64,000 nucleotides of DNA from Kondoa subrosea. Lineage: Eukaryota. The position numbers and the translations under genes are program-made. Every line of letters starts with the position of its first letter. Position 1 is the stretch's first letter. Shown here one piece after another: positions 52,946-64,000 of this stretch. The notes beneath the pieces were generated by a model. That model was not told where the DNA came from, ran no database searches, and saw only the letters and a program-made list of their open reading frames with translations. Where the stretch lies: positions 186,001-250,000 of the forward strand of contig BCIN01000004.1 of assembly GCA_039545335.1 (NCBI GenBank), read 5' to 3'.

Positions 52946-53431
52946 ATGAATATGCTCAAAGGTTTCGGTATGCAGGCGTGATTCAACATGTTCTGTAAAG
53001 TTCATTAGATGGAACAGCGTCGCAATTGCAAGGTGGAAGTAGCCAGAATCATCAAACCGCTCAGAACGGGTATGTTTCAGACTGGGTCTGGCTATACGAG
53101 CCGGCTGAGATACCTGCGTTTCAGTCAGATGCAGCAGAACAACGGCCAGCCAATGAACAATGCCAACAACAAGGGAGATCTCCTAGATCAGGGTGAGTCC
53201 AATTGGCTGATATCAGGATTGCTGATCTGATCTGTCCTTTAATTAGGCGTTGCGGCTGCTGGCAAATACTTTGGCAAGACTTTTGATAGGCAGACCACTG
53301 AGAAATATAGCGATCAGATTAGGGTATGTCTCTACCTTCATCTTCAGTCAATATGGAGGCTCAAAGCGCGCAAATAGGGTCAATACACCAAAATGACTGG
53401 GAAACAGATGCCAATCAAGGACAAGAACTAA
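52946..53431 (+). CDS. Small hydrophilic stress-type protein, paralog B
   Basis: MNMLKGF|...NKGDLLDQ|GVAAAGKYFGKTFDRQTTEKYSDQIR|GQYTKMTGKQMPIKDKN*. Confidence 0.75.
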
Positions 53432-54610
53432 ACAGGCTGGCTTTCGACTGGGTTTTCTTTGCTTTTGGAATCGTTTGCATCTCACACTATTTATTGATTC
53501 TGTTTGTCTTTGCTACCTTCTTCTTGCGCTCATCGGTGTGGACCTCTTATCTCCTTATCATGTCTGTCGAAGCACCAGCTGTCTGTTCGTAGCTTGCTTT
53601 GCTCAAATTGTGTCAACTCCTTTGCTCAAATCGTGTCAACTTCCCTTCTGTTCTCTTGATCCCTTCTGTTCTCTTAATTGAGTCTCTTTCGCTGATGACA
53701 TAGTCATAGATTCTAATCTGTAGCACTGGCCAAATTACTTGTATGTCAAAAGTCGTTGCTTTGTGAGAACCGTATTCTGATGCTTGTATGTCGTAGTCTG
53801 GCGATAAGTGCATAGCTCTTGCGCTGCAGCCACAGCCACCTCTAGAATTGAAGGAACCGAAGACTGCGTGAGTTCCGCATCATGTTGTCCCTCTTTACTT
53901 GTTTGGTTCTCGGGCTGAGCTCACTTCATGCTGCCAATTTTCGGTGTGCTCAGATCTTTCGCAAGTAGTATATACTGAGAACGACGTTTCAGCTCTCTCA
54001 GTCTGTTCAAATCCGTCTTAGAGGTGGTCCAAGAGATAGTACGGGTTCTTGTGAAGATCCGCCCTTTGGCTTTCACTGTGCTCAAAGATGAATGTGTTTG
54101 TATGAAACTTAGTAGTGCCGTGCAATGAATCCTTCTGGCCACTTGCAACCCTGTGACATCTTGTTTCTACAATACTAGTGTTCGGAGATATCGCCTGGAC
54201 TTTAAACTCGCAACTTGTCTCAGTCTCTGTTCTTGCCAAAGGACAGTCAGTCACTATTTCCCTGCGTGTTGCTTCGCAATGCAGCCAAAGAATTAAGATT
54301 CCGGTCTGGTTATCCCTGTCAAGCAGAATCGCTGCTGCCCGGAAATCTACTTCTATTCCAAACTGGAATCAACTCATCAGTCTCCATGACGACCGTCTGA
54401 CGTGATCGTCATGCAAATCTCGCAGTGCGACAGAGTGCAGAGTGTGACGTCTGAAACGCCTTTTGCTTCGACCTGTTGTTGTACTTCGATTGACTCGGTC
54501 CATTGTTGTCTTGTACCATTCTCTCCAAAATTAATTGAGCTGGTCTCTCTTTCTCATCTCTCGCTCATATTTATACCTCTCACTTCCCTTATATCTCTCA
54601 TTACATCACT

Positions 54611-56136
54611 ATGCTCGCGCTGGTCGCTCTATTCTCATGCGTTGTGCTGGTTCACGGTCATGTAAGTTCCTAATGCCGTATAGCTTTTCATTCCGGCATA
54701 CTGAAGAGAAGCGTAGATGGAACTCACCTCTCCAGCACCTTTCAGATCAAAGTACATGGTGCCTGCTTCCAACAATATCGATTGTGAGCAAAAATAGATG
54801 TCTGTGCACAACCTGATCAGTGCTTACATTCTTGTATCCTTGTACAGACTCTATGACTTCTCCGCTTCCTAATGATGGTCTCGCAGGGCTTTGCAAGGGC
54901 TATCTCACCGATTTCGATTCTACTCCTGTTCAAGGAAAATTGGTTGCAGGGTCTCAGGTGCGAGCAGTGCATCAGTACTCGAGAAACTTCATCTGATATC
55001 GAGAGCTACAGTCATCTATCACTCTTGGTGGCTCTGCTTCGCACAATGGTGGAAGCTGTGAATTGAGTGGTCAGTGCACATTTAAGCAGATTCCGTTAGC
55101 GAATTCTGATCAGAGATCAAGTCTCATACAATCAAAAGGACTTTGTGGTCATACATCGAATGGTTGGAGGTTGCCCTTTACAGTCGGAATATAGTTTTCA
55201 AGTGCCAAAGGATTTGCCAGGAGCTGAGAAGGCTGTCTTTGCTTGGTCTTGGATCAACAGTAAGTGCATGAAAATTGCCTATGTTCGCGTGCTGATCGAC
55301 AAATAGATACTGGCAATCGAGAGTCAGTCTCGAGACATCAGTTTTGTTCGCCGTATCTGATTTTTTGAAAAAGATTTTACATGAACTGCTCTCCAGTCTC
55401 TATTCAAGGCTCCTCAAAATCTTACACTGGCCCAAAAATGTTCGTCGCCAACATTTTTGCAGATGGTTCATGCACGACAACAGAAGGTGATGATCCACAA
55501 TATCCCAACGTCGGCTCAGTCGAAACTGCATATGGCGGCAAGCTATCATCCAGCTCTCCTGTGACTGAATTGCAAGGATGTCCAGCGGATCAGTCCAAGC
55601 TCATCACTGTGACTGGCAGCGGATCCTCTCCTGCTCCTGTCCCAGAATCGCCAAATCCAGAACCTACTACACCTTCTGAATCATCAGATGGATCTCCTGC
55701 TCCTACTTCATCTTCCCGTCCATCCAAGCCTACTCAGAGCCCAACCCAACCATCCTCTATCCCTTTGCCAGAAGATTCTTCGCCAGAAGCCGATGCACCT
55801 CCCGCACAAAGTGAAAGTCCAGCTACAGGCGATGATGCTTCCATCCCTCAGGATGGTGCTCCTGCTCCAGACAACAGCAGTGGGAATGCCTCAAGTGATG
55901 GATGCACCGGAGGAGCTATTCTCTGCACCTCGGACACAACTTGGTCAATGTGCTCAAATGGGTACGTCTTCCTTCCTGTACTACGAGACAGATATTGATT
56001 CATGAAAATTAGATCTTGGATGGAGATGGGCCCTACAGCTGCGGGAATGATTTGCAAAGACGGTCAAATGGAAGCACAGCAGACGAGAATGAAAAAGGTC
56101 AAGAGAAGCCATGCAGCTATCAGAAGAAAGCATTAA
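54611..56136 (+). CDS. AA11 lytic polysaccharide monooxygenase with S/P linker and Cys-rich C-terminal (X278-like) module
   Basis: Signal peptide then H|MELTSPAPFRSK; MTSPL; CKGY; GSASHNGGSCELS; GGCP; FAWSWIN|NTGNRE|FYMNC; PKMFVANI; C-terminal CTGGAILC...C...C. Confidence 0.9.
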
Positions 56137-56372
56137 GGACAATTTCTTCTTCTTTCGTTTCTGTACATAGCACGAGCAAACACAGCTGGTTTGTGCATTG
56201 CTCCTGTTTCACTAGTGGTATTTGGGCTCAATGCAGCTATTTCCCATACTCGAATTGTGCGCACAAACAGCAAAGCCCCGTTTAATAAATACATATTATA
56301 AAGTAGTGTTTGATTGCATTGGTCTGCTATTGATACATCACTTTAAAAAAATGTACAGTTCTTGAGGTCAAT

Positions 56373-57868
56373 TCAGCTACTCGTAGCAGCTTGAGCTCGT
56401 GTTTGTTTCACAGCTTCCGCGAAGTCAACACCGTAAGCGTTACCCATCGCAGAATCCTTGCCAAAGAAATACGTCTAGAAACACAATCAGCTCTGATCGA
56501 ACCATGTAAAAGCACAACTGACTGAATTGCTGTTCGAGCTTGCTATGGCCTTGAGCTGCTCCAATCTACGTATCTCCAGTACTAGTTCAGCAGCTTGGCT
56601 TCGATGTGCTTCAGTTGGTTCAGCGTTAGTCATTGATCTAGCAATAGCGTCGATTTGTTCTGCCAAAGCTTTAGCTTCCATAACTGTTTGAGCTTGTCTG
56701 TTTAAATATGGTAAGCGAATAGCAGAAACCGGAAGAATTCAGCGAACGAACCTGGCTTCTGCTTCTCTGTAGACGGTCTTGAAAGCTGCATCTGCATCAT
56801 TGCTCCTTGCTTCAAGCTGCGAGAGATATCATGCATTAGCACCCGGGAACGTGGTGAGGAAGATACACTGACAGCTCCTTGCGATTCGAGAATAACCCTT
56901 TGCTTTTCCCCCTCTGCTACATTGATTGCGGCCTGCGTGTCCAGAAGTTGCTTTCTCCTATTCCTTTCCTGTCATCAGGAATTAGTATAGCTGTCGGATT
57001 ACAGTTTTGAGAAAGAACTTACAGCCTCCATTTGCAGCTCCAATTGCCTCTCGATTTGCCTGTTTGCAGGTTGGAAATTCTGTATTTCAAAACGAGTGGT
57101 CTCAACGCCTGAAAGATAGTTCAGGGAAAAAGTTGGAAGAAAGCAAAAGTAACTCACCCCAACTGGAAATACTGCTGCCGATGACTTGCTGAAGACGTTC
57201 ATTGAGGCTGTTCCGGTCGGAGATAACTTGATCATCTGCAGAATATAAGTCAGTCCGGCTGAATGAGAACGGAAGCGAGATTCACAATTGAAATGCCCTA
57301 AGACACTTCTCATCGCGCTAGTCCCTGTCTTCTCCACGTTCTGTAATAGCTGTAAGCTTGAACGGACTTGTCAGAGACTGACATACTTGCACCACATCCT
57401 GAATGTTCTGTTCAGCAAGAGATAAGCACAAGAACCTGGCTGGCATAGACAACACCTGACGAAACATGCTTTGTATCCATCCGTGATCTTACTGAGCCGG
57501 ACATTAGCAATGCTACAGGCGAAGAAAAGCCTTGCATACTAAAAAAGACTGCCTGTTGTTGAAAATTAGACACAAGACTCTCGTCATCAGAAGCACTGAC
57601 CAGAACAGGTTACAGGAACGTTATCGCTTGTGAAACCTCCTAAGTTGCCTATTGATATAGAAGCTTCCCGCAAGTCGACCCGTTGGATAGTATGATATAA
57701 CGGAATATAGACATGAAGACCAGGTTTGAGCTCGAGCGGCTTCCTGCCCAGAGTCAATCTCCATGCTGAGTGACCTTGTTGAATAACAGTGAAGAAGGTC
57801 CTTTGTGCTATTCGGACTGAAGGTAAAATGGTTCGAGAGAAAGGTCGAAGATGCGTGAACGAAGCCAT
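56373..57868 (-). CDS. Mitochondrial-type stomatin-like SPFH (band 7) protein
   Basis: Presequence-like start; LKPGLH, RVDLRE, TSDNVPV, SAMRSVLG, ISDRNSLN, WGVETTRFEI, LQMEAERNRR, INVAEGEKQ. Confidence 0.88.
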
Positions 57869-58147
57869 CGGAAGGAGTGCTACAAGAGATCTTTGAGATA
57901 TGAATCGTGAAGAGAGGAAGGGCAGAAGATGGGATTCAGTTATCGGTACAAGCGCACATAGCTTTTTGAAATACGACGCAATACGGCATCAACAAAAGAT
58001 CAACACACGAAAGGGAATCGCAAAGCGGAAGATTCAGGCATTCACAGCGGCAAGCCCTGTGCATGGCTACATCAGTCACTTTACGCACAAAATGTCGAGT
58101 GGTAGTACTGTCCAAAGATTATCGAGCACTATTTCTTCCCAACTTTC

Positions 58148-58841
58148 ATGTCTGGTTTCCAAATCTCGCCTGTCGCAGCGGCAGACCTGTCAGATATTAG
58201 AGCTGGCTTTCACACTTCCTTCACGCAAGCGCTGTACCAGAGGTGCTTTCCTGCGAATGAAGTTGAAGATTTGGAATGGATAAATAATATGTCGAAGCGG
58301 CTTAACACAGACAAGGGCATGCAGAGCTATAAGATGATCACGCAAGACGGAAATCTGGCTGCCTACATCAGGTGGAGCTATCAGCTCAATGGAGCGCAAG
58401 ACGAGGAAGAGCAACAACCCAGCGGGACAGCAAGTGAACGAGATCGGCTCCTAGCTATCATTAATCAAAAGCATCTCGAGTATATGCGTGATACGCCTCA
58501 TCTGCGTATGTTCCTTTGCACAATTTGTCAAGTTTCTTGTTTACTTGTCCTCGGTCACAAGATCTCGAGTTCCTCTATACTCTTCCCTGTGCGCCTACTT
58601 CCATGATCAGTATCGTCTCTATCTGAGTTTTTAGTCAGCCTATCAAGGTCAAGGCTGTGCAGCAACATTACTTGCACTTGCTTGTAAAGAAGCAGATCAG
58701 CGAAATTTACCAGCGTACATTGAAGCTACGCCTCAAAGTGTCAGAGCTTATGAGAAGCACGGCTTCCGAACAGTGGAAGTAGTCAGGATAGCGGACGATT
58801 ATGAGGGGACTCTAATGATCAGGAAAGCGGCTTCGCAATAG
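58148..58841 (+). CDS. GNAT-family acetyltransferase
   Basis: AAYIRW; HLEFLYTLP|AYQGQGCAATLL; LPAYIEATP; YEKHGF. Confidence 0.85.
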
Positions 58842-59138
58842 ACGGTGAGTCTTCAGCTTCGAAGCAATACGCTTGTGTACTAAAATCAATGAAGATAGTT
58901 CGTGTCCCCTTGTTGTTTCTGGTGTACTCTGTTGCCTTCTGTGTCTAGGAATCTCTTAGTCGCCCGTGAGTAGGCCTGACTCCTATTGACTAGGCAGCTG
59001 TAGATCTTCTGCGCAGCGTATTGCACACTGCACATCAAAGGACTTGTGGTCAAGTATTGGTCATTATGGGATATCGCTGGATGTGATAATGCCATATAAC
59101 CGATTCTATGCTTTCTAGCATTCTGCCCGGCTTCCTTT

Positions 59139-61094
59139 CTACGTTTTCTGTAACAATCTAAAGTTGCCTTGAATAGCAAACTTTGCTGGTAAGAGCAAGA
59201 AAGCAGCGATAATGTAGCCTGTCACTCGATATAAGATCGTCAGACGAATCTGCACAAAGGATTTGACAGACATGATCCAGCAAAAAGAATTGACGGAATA
59301 TAGATATTGATTCTGTACAGCCCGCTCAATAGGATGGCTCAGTGCTGATCGAGCACAAACCCTTCCCGCCCGATTGCTTGACCGCTTTATACTGACTAAG
59401 CAACAATCAAGTACTGATACGAAAAGCATAACGTACTATTCGGAAAGCGCAGATGCTATGGGTGCTCCAAATAGACAAGGCAAGACTATAGAGAGCCATA
59501 GGAGAGACATTCTGCGATACCGAAACGAAATTAGTCACGAGATGCATGCTGCGTTCGAAAAGCTTTTACGCAGATCTCAGGTTTGCAACGCCGACACATT
59601 CTGATGTACATGGAGTATTCTGCTGACTTTTTTAGCAGCCTTAAGATGTTGAAAAGCACATCTCACGCTGGACCAGAAAATTCCACCAATCGCACCTGAA
59701 GAGAATGACCAAAAAAGCTTAAATTGTGTCTCCACTAGCTTACCGTTGATCAGAGCAAAAACAATCATAGCAGGGAACGATCTAGCAGTGGTCCTGTGTT
59801 TCATTGTCATCAAACGTCAAGCTACTATATTAGTTCACGGCTCAAAGCTTACCAAAGTGTTAGTATCTGCAAACCGCTTGCCAGCGTCAAGAGCATAGCG
59901 CAATTGATCCTTCCAAATCTATCCAGTATCACTCCCGTGACAGGTCGACCAATCATTTGACCTGCGCTGAATACTGCTTGCAAGATTGCTCCTTGTGATT
60001 GACTGAGACTTAGAGCTTGTACAGCGAATGTTGGAATAGTGACTGTGCATAAAGTTCAAGCGATACAGTCGTAAAAGGGGTCATTGCTTACAAAGACAGA
60101 TCGTATATCCACACATTGAGAAGGTCGACCATAGAATGACGAAAGCAAAAGATCGATGCACAAGCAAAGACAGCTGTAATGGCTGACACTTCGCATCTAG
60201 GATTTCGTTACGTGCTGTATCTTCATCAGATCAGAGTCGGTCGATAGGAAGACTGAGTGAGCTTACCTTTGAGGAAAATTGCAGCGGGCATAAGGATGAC
60301 CAGTGAGATAAGGCTATTGGCTATGAACGCCCATCTCTATCTATTCGTCAGCTCAGGCCTTCTTATAAAGCAGAAAGAAATCAACCAATCCATGTCGCCC
60401 ACTAATCAATCTCGTCGTAATCGAGAAAACCAATCCACCAAAGCCCGCTCCACTAGCAGCAATACCAGCTGCCAAAGCTCTTCTTTTATCAAACCATTGT
60501 TGTGTTAAAGGTGCAGTAGAAACCATTATCAATCCTAATCCCATACCGAGACAAACGCCTTGAGTTAAAAGCAATTGCCAAATCTTGTTTGTGAACGCAG
60601 CAAGAAGTTGTCCACCGCTGAAAAGAAGAATACCTAGAATCATAGGTGCTTTGAAAGTATATTTATGGGATAGGTAGTTTGAAAGTGGTGCGAAGAGGAA
60701 AGCAGAGGCTAGACTTAAGCCGCCGACCTGAAGAGATGCTCAGCTTCACATATGAATGAATGAGATGAAGAGAGTACTGACGAAACTGTATTGCAGACTG
60801 GTTGCACCTGGATAGTGACCCCGAGCAACAAAGTACGACAGAAAGACGCCAAAAGTGCTATTGATACCCGAAGTAGCTGATATTACCTTGATCAGCTATA
60901 GTTGATGCGATAATGTATGGTAATTGCTCACCCGCACTGGTCCAAAATAACCAGAAAACGACTTTCCAGGCTTGAAGATTGGGTTTATGATCGCTGGTTG
61001 CTGACTTAGAAGTTTCTAAATTGTTCTCGACATCAACGCCGGTCGCAGCTTCAGGCTTGATATTTTCGGAGTCGAGACTGCTGTTTCGAGACAT
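59139..61094 (-). CDS. MFS monocarboxylate-type transporter
   Basis: TFGVFLSYF, IWQLLLTQGVCLGMGLGL, QWFDKRRALAAGIAASGAGFGG, GQMIGRP, DRFGRIN; multiple TM segments. Confidence 0.9.
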
Positions 61095-61860
61095 ATGTTC
61101 AGAATTAGAATGCTTTGAAAGGAGCCTGAAAAAGATATGTAGACAATATTCTTGAGAGATAAGCACTGAAGGACAGCGAGAAATGCAAGCCATTATGGAT
61201 GATGTAACAACTGAAGCACGGAAAAGCGGCCAAGGTTGAAGTGAATGGTCCTGCTCGCATTGAGCGGCTTTAGCGGATCATACATAACAAATGAATGCGC
61301 GAGAGCTAGACGGTCCGAAGAACGAAATTGTGATTGCTTAAGTGAATTGGCATTGCTGCTAAGTCTTAGTCGAACGCACACCCAAGATAGCTCCGCTGCA
61401 AGCCTCACGAAGGAGACCAACCATCTTGCAGGCATATCAAGGCTGAAGTCCGGCACCGGGAGAGAGGAAGAGAGCTCTTCCCCAGAGTACATAAAGAGTC
61501 AGACACGAAACGTAGCTGCAGCATTCTCGTGACTTCGGAAGTCTCGGTAGCGCAGGCGATATTCATGACGAGTCGCGCATACACACGCAAAGGAAAGACC
61601 CAAAGAAAGATTCGCTCAAGATTTGCGTTAGACGTCAAATGTACACAAGACCACAGTACAGCAGAGATCCCCATGGTTGCTCTGAGCGTTGAGATGAAGG
61701 AGCATTCGCAATGATGCAGGCCACGATAAGGGAAGGACGACATTTCCGACGGATCTCATTGGCAGTTTCGGACAAACGTCGACTTGAATCTCATCAGTTA
61801 GATTGTAAGTGGCTTACTCATAGCCTCGCAAACATCCTAACGTCCTATGCTCAGCACAAC

Positions 61861-62670
61861 ATGTTGCCTATCGCTTCAACGTCAAGACTTCCCTTGATGC
61901 AAAATCCCATTTCTCGCAAGGCAACAACTCTAGCTACTTTACCACCTCAGGCCAAGAAGCTACCCTATCGTGGTCGATTATCCAAGCCAGGTCGAGTCTA
62001 CACTAAATCCAAGCGAGATCTCTTCGCTAAGTATACTACTCTGCTGAATGGATCACCTCTGGTTCTATTCTTTCGACCTAAACACCTTACAGCAGGTCAA
62101 TTCAATTTATTCCGAGCAGAAGTGAAGAACCTTAGCCCGGATGAAGAGAATCCTTTATTGTCAATAACTCATTTACGAACAAATCTCTTACCTCCCCTCT
62201 TACGCACTTTAACTTTACCAGCTTCTTTACTAAAACCAGAACTCAAAGGCGATTTAGCTGTACTCACTTTAAACGCACCTGAATTAGATCCACCTTTGCT
62301 TAAAGCTTTCCTTAAAGTATTCGACAAACATACTAAACTTTTACGCAACGCTCAATTGGAGAAACGCAAGTATTTACCAAAATCAGATCAATCATCATCT
62401 GGTGTTGCTCAACCTGAAAATCAATTGGAAATCTTGACTGCTATTTTAGAAAAAAGAAAAGAATTGTCTGCCAAGCAAGTTAGGGAGTTTGCTGATTTAC
62501 CTGGATTGCAAGAGTTGAGAGGACAGATTGTTGGTTTGATTGAAACGCAAGCGAGGGAATTGGTTGGTGTGCTTGATAGAGCTAAAGGGAGTGAATTGGC
62601 AATGGTTTTGGGTGAGAGAGTGAAGCAGTTGGAGTCGAAGAAGGGAGAGGAAGATGTGGTGAAGGCTTAG
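61861..62670 (+). CDS. MRPL11: Mitochondrial ribosomal protein uL10m
   Basis: Presequence; LVLFF...LTAGQFNLFRAEV; LKGDLAVL; FADLPGLQELRGQIVGLI. Confidence 0.75.
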   Translation: MLPIASTSRLPLMQNPISRKATTLATLPPQAKKLPYRGRLSKPGRVYTKSKRDLFAKYTTLLNGSPLVLFFRPKHLTAGQFNLFRAEVKNLSPDEENPLLSITHLRTNLLPPLLRTLTLPASLLKPELKGDLAVLTLNAPELDPPLLKAFLKVFDKHTKLLRNAQLEKRKYLPKSDQSSSGVAQPENQLEILTAILEKRKELSAKQVREFADLPGLQELRGQIVGLIETQARELVGVLDRAKGSELAMVLGERVKQLESKKGEEDVVKA

Positions 62671-63096
62671 AGCGGGGAGCGAATCATCGGTCGTAGGAAA
62701 TTGGTCTTGCATGACCTCCTAGAGGTATGTTCTTCGATCGAGGAATCGACTCATAGTGCTGATATGCCTTTATCTCCTTTCGATCAGTCATGGGCCTTGT
62801 TTTCTCGTCATCATCTTGCGTCCAACACAGGCAAAAGAAGATTGCTCACCTCCATTTGAATGTAAGGGAATGCTCATTTAGAGAAAATGGTTTGGAGCAG
62901 AAGGGTCTCAAGGCACGCATGACGCACTGATCGCACAATGTATATACCAGCGGACGAGATGATTTTGACGAAACTCACTTTCGCCTTCACTTCAAGCTTG
63001 CCTTGTTTTGAACGATCACTGTGTATGAGCATTGTCTTTCGCTCTACTTCTCTCAGAATCATCAAATCGCGTATACTACCAGCCAAATCATTTCAT

Positions 63097-64000
63097 ATGT
63101 CGAGCACTACTTGGGTGCGTTTCATCATCGCATCATCGCGTTATACAGAATTCCAATCTCATCCTTTATGCGAACAGGAATTAGGGACAGCTAAGGTTAA
63201 TTCACCCACTATTGTGTCGAAAGGAGCTCTGTTGACGTATTGCAAGAGTAGATTCTGTCGCGAAAAGCATTGGACAGCTCGGAAGCGAAATGGTGAGCTC
63301 ATTCCATGTCATCTGATTCTTGCTTGTCTGAGTAATTCAATAGGTGAGATTCACGCGATGCAGTACCAGTGTGACATTGATGCTGAAGACAATGAAATCA
63401 CAGGGTTTCAATGGAAGCGCTCAATGTAAGTCTTCGCTCATGCAAACCTTTTCGCTCGATTAACAGTATATTCAGTGGGTAGATGAAGAAGGTCGACACG
63501 TAGGTACCTTCACTGTAACTCATTCTTCCTTCATTGGTTTCATGAAATAGCGAGTTTGGGAATCGACTTCCCGTAAGACGAGGAAAGGTTCAGGCATAGA
63601 TGGTTTGTTCCTTGTCTGCTTGTTGCTAGATTAGCTCAAGCAGATAGAATATAAACAGCCGTAGCGGTTCGTCGAGCTATTGCAGACTCAGATTCGGTTC
63701 TGATCTGTTGGTTCCATGTGAACAGATCTTCGCCTTGATCAAAGCGCCTAAAAAACCTTTGTCCACTGTATTGGTTATGCAATACAGGTACATCTCTAAA
63801 CCTGTCACGACTGCCGTGCTAAGCAAGGGAATATAGACCACCTGTGGACCGAATTTGCGTGGAAATGCCTGCTGGTTTAATTGACGAGGGTAAGCAGACT
63901 CATTTGTCGTGAGGACATCACTTAACAGGCCAAAAAAGGCGAATCGCCCGAAGAAGCAGCAGGTCAGCAGGTGTCGATCCGTCAGCCTACGATTTATGTT
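63097..64000 (+). CDS. YSA1: ADP-ribose pyrophosphatase (Nudix, NUDT5-like); runs off window end
   Basis: Spliced AKWVSMEALNWVDEEGRH|RVWESTSRKT...GIDAVAIFA...[32 protein letters not shown] (start of Nudix box). Confidence 0.9.
63293..63403 (+). other. Two abutting introns (51 + 60 nt) with zero-length exon
   Basis: TG|gtgagc...caatag|gtgaga...cacag|G. Confidence 0.65.

Noticed and set aside
1..64000. Transposons, CRISPR arrays, rRNA/tRNA genes, alternative genetic code, or a secondary-metabolite cluster
   Set aside because: No transposase/RT motifs, repeat-spacer arrays, RNA-gene signatures or PKS/NRPS backbone were seen. The in-frame stops I examined are explained by introns.

Overview
Gene-dense, intron-rich fungal genomic DNA. 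It is basidiomycete-like, with introns mostly ~45-60 nt and many micro-exons; a Pucciniomycotina-type lineage is an inference, not a determination. About 34 protein-coding genes can be reconstructed by manual splicing. Recognisable ones: a GH31 alpha-glucosidase (partial), DPH1, an RRM protein, AA9 and AA11 LPMOs, a VHS/GAT protein, a Zn2Cys6 TF, NHP6, a MATA-type HMG-box TF, KES1/OSH4, PEX6, a GFA/Mss4-like protein, an OM14-like protein with LEA-like repeats, EMC1, a methyltransferase, a beta-carbonic anhydrase, the head-to-head RPS9/RPL21 pair, COX6, an MDR oxidoreductase, ADY2/GPR1, two tandem small hydrophilic paralogs, a stomatin-like protein, a GNAT, an MFS transporter, mitochondrial uL10 and a YSA1-like Nudix (partial). 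Several orphans are also present. No rRNA, tRNA, CRISPR or transposon was recognised. The most unusual signal is the splicing grammar: (1) an AT-AC intron with a U2-like donor that restores a conserved TF motif (14407-14464); (2) two complete introns back-to-back around a zero-length exon, i.e. candidate recursive splicing (63293-63403); (3) at least six GC-AG introns, two flanking a 7-nt exon inside a Cys motif; (4) a candidate poison exon in the RRM gene; (5) an intron whose retention creates a perfect -SKL PTS1. All gene models are manual reconstructions without transcript data.
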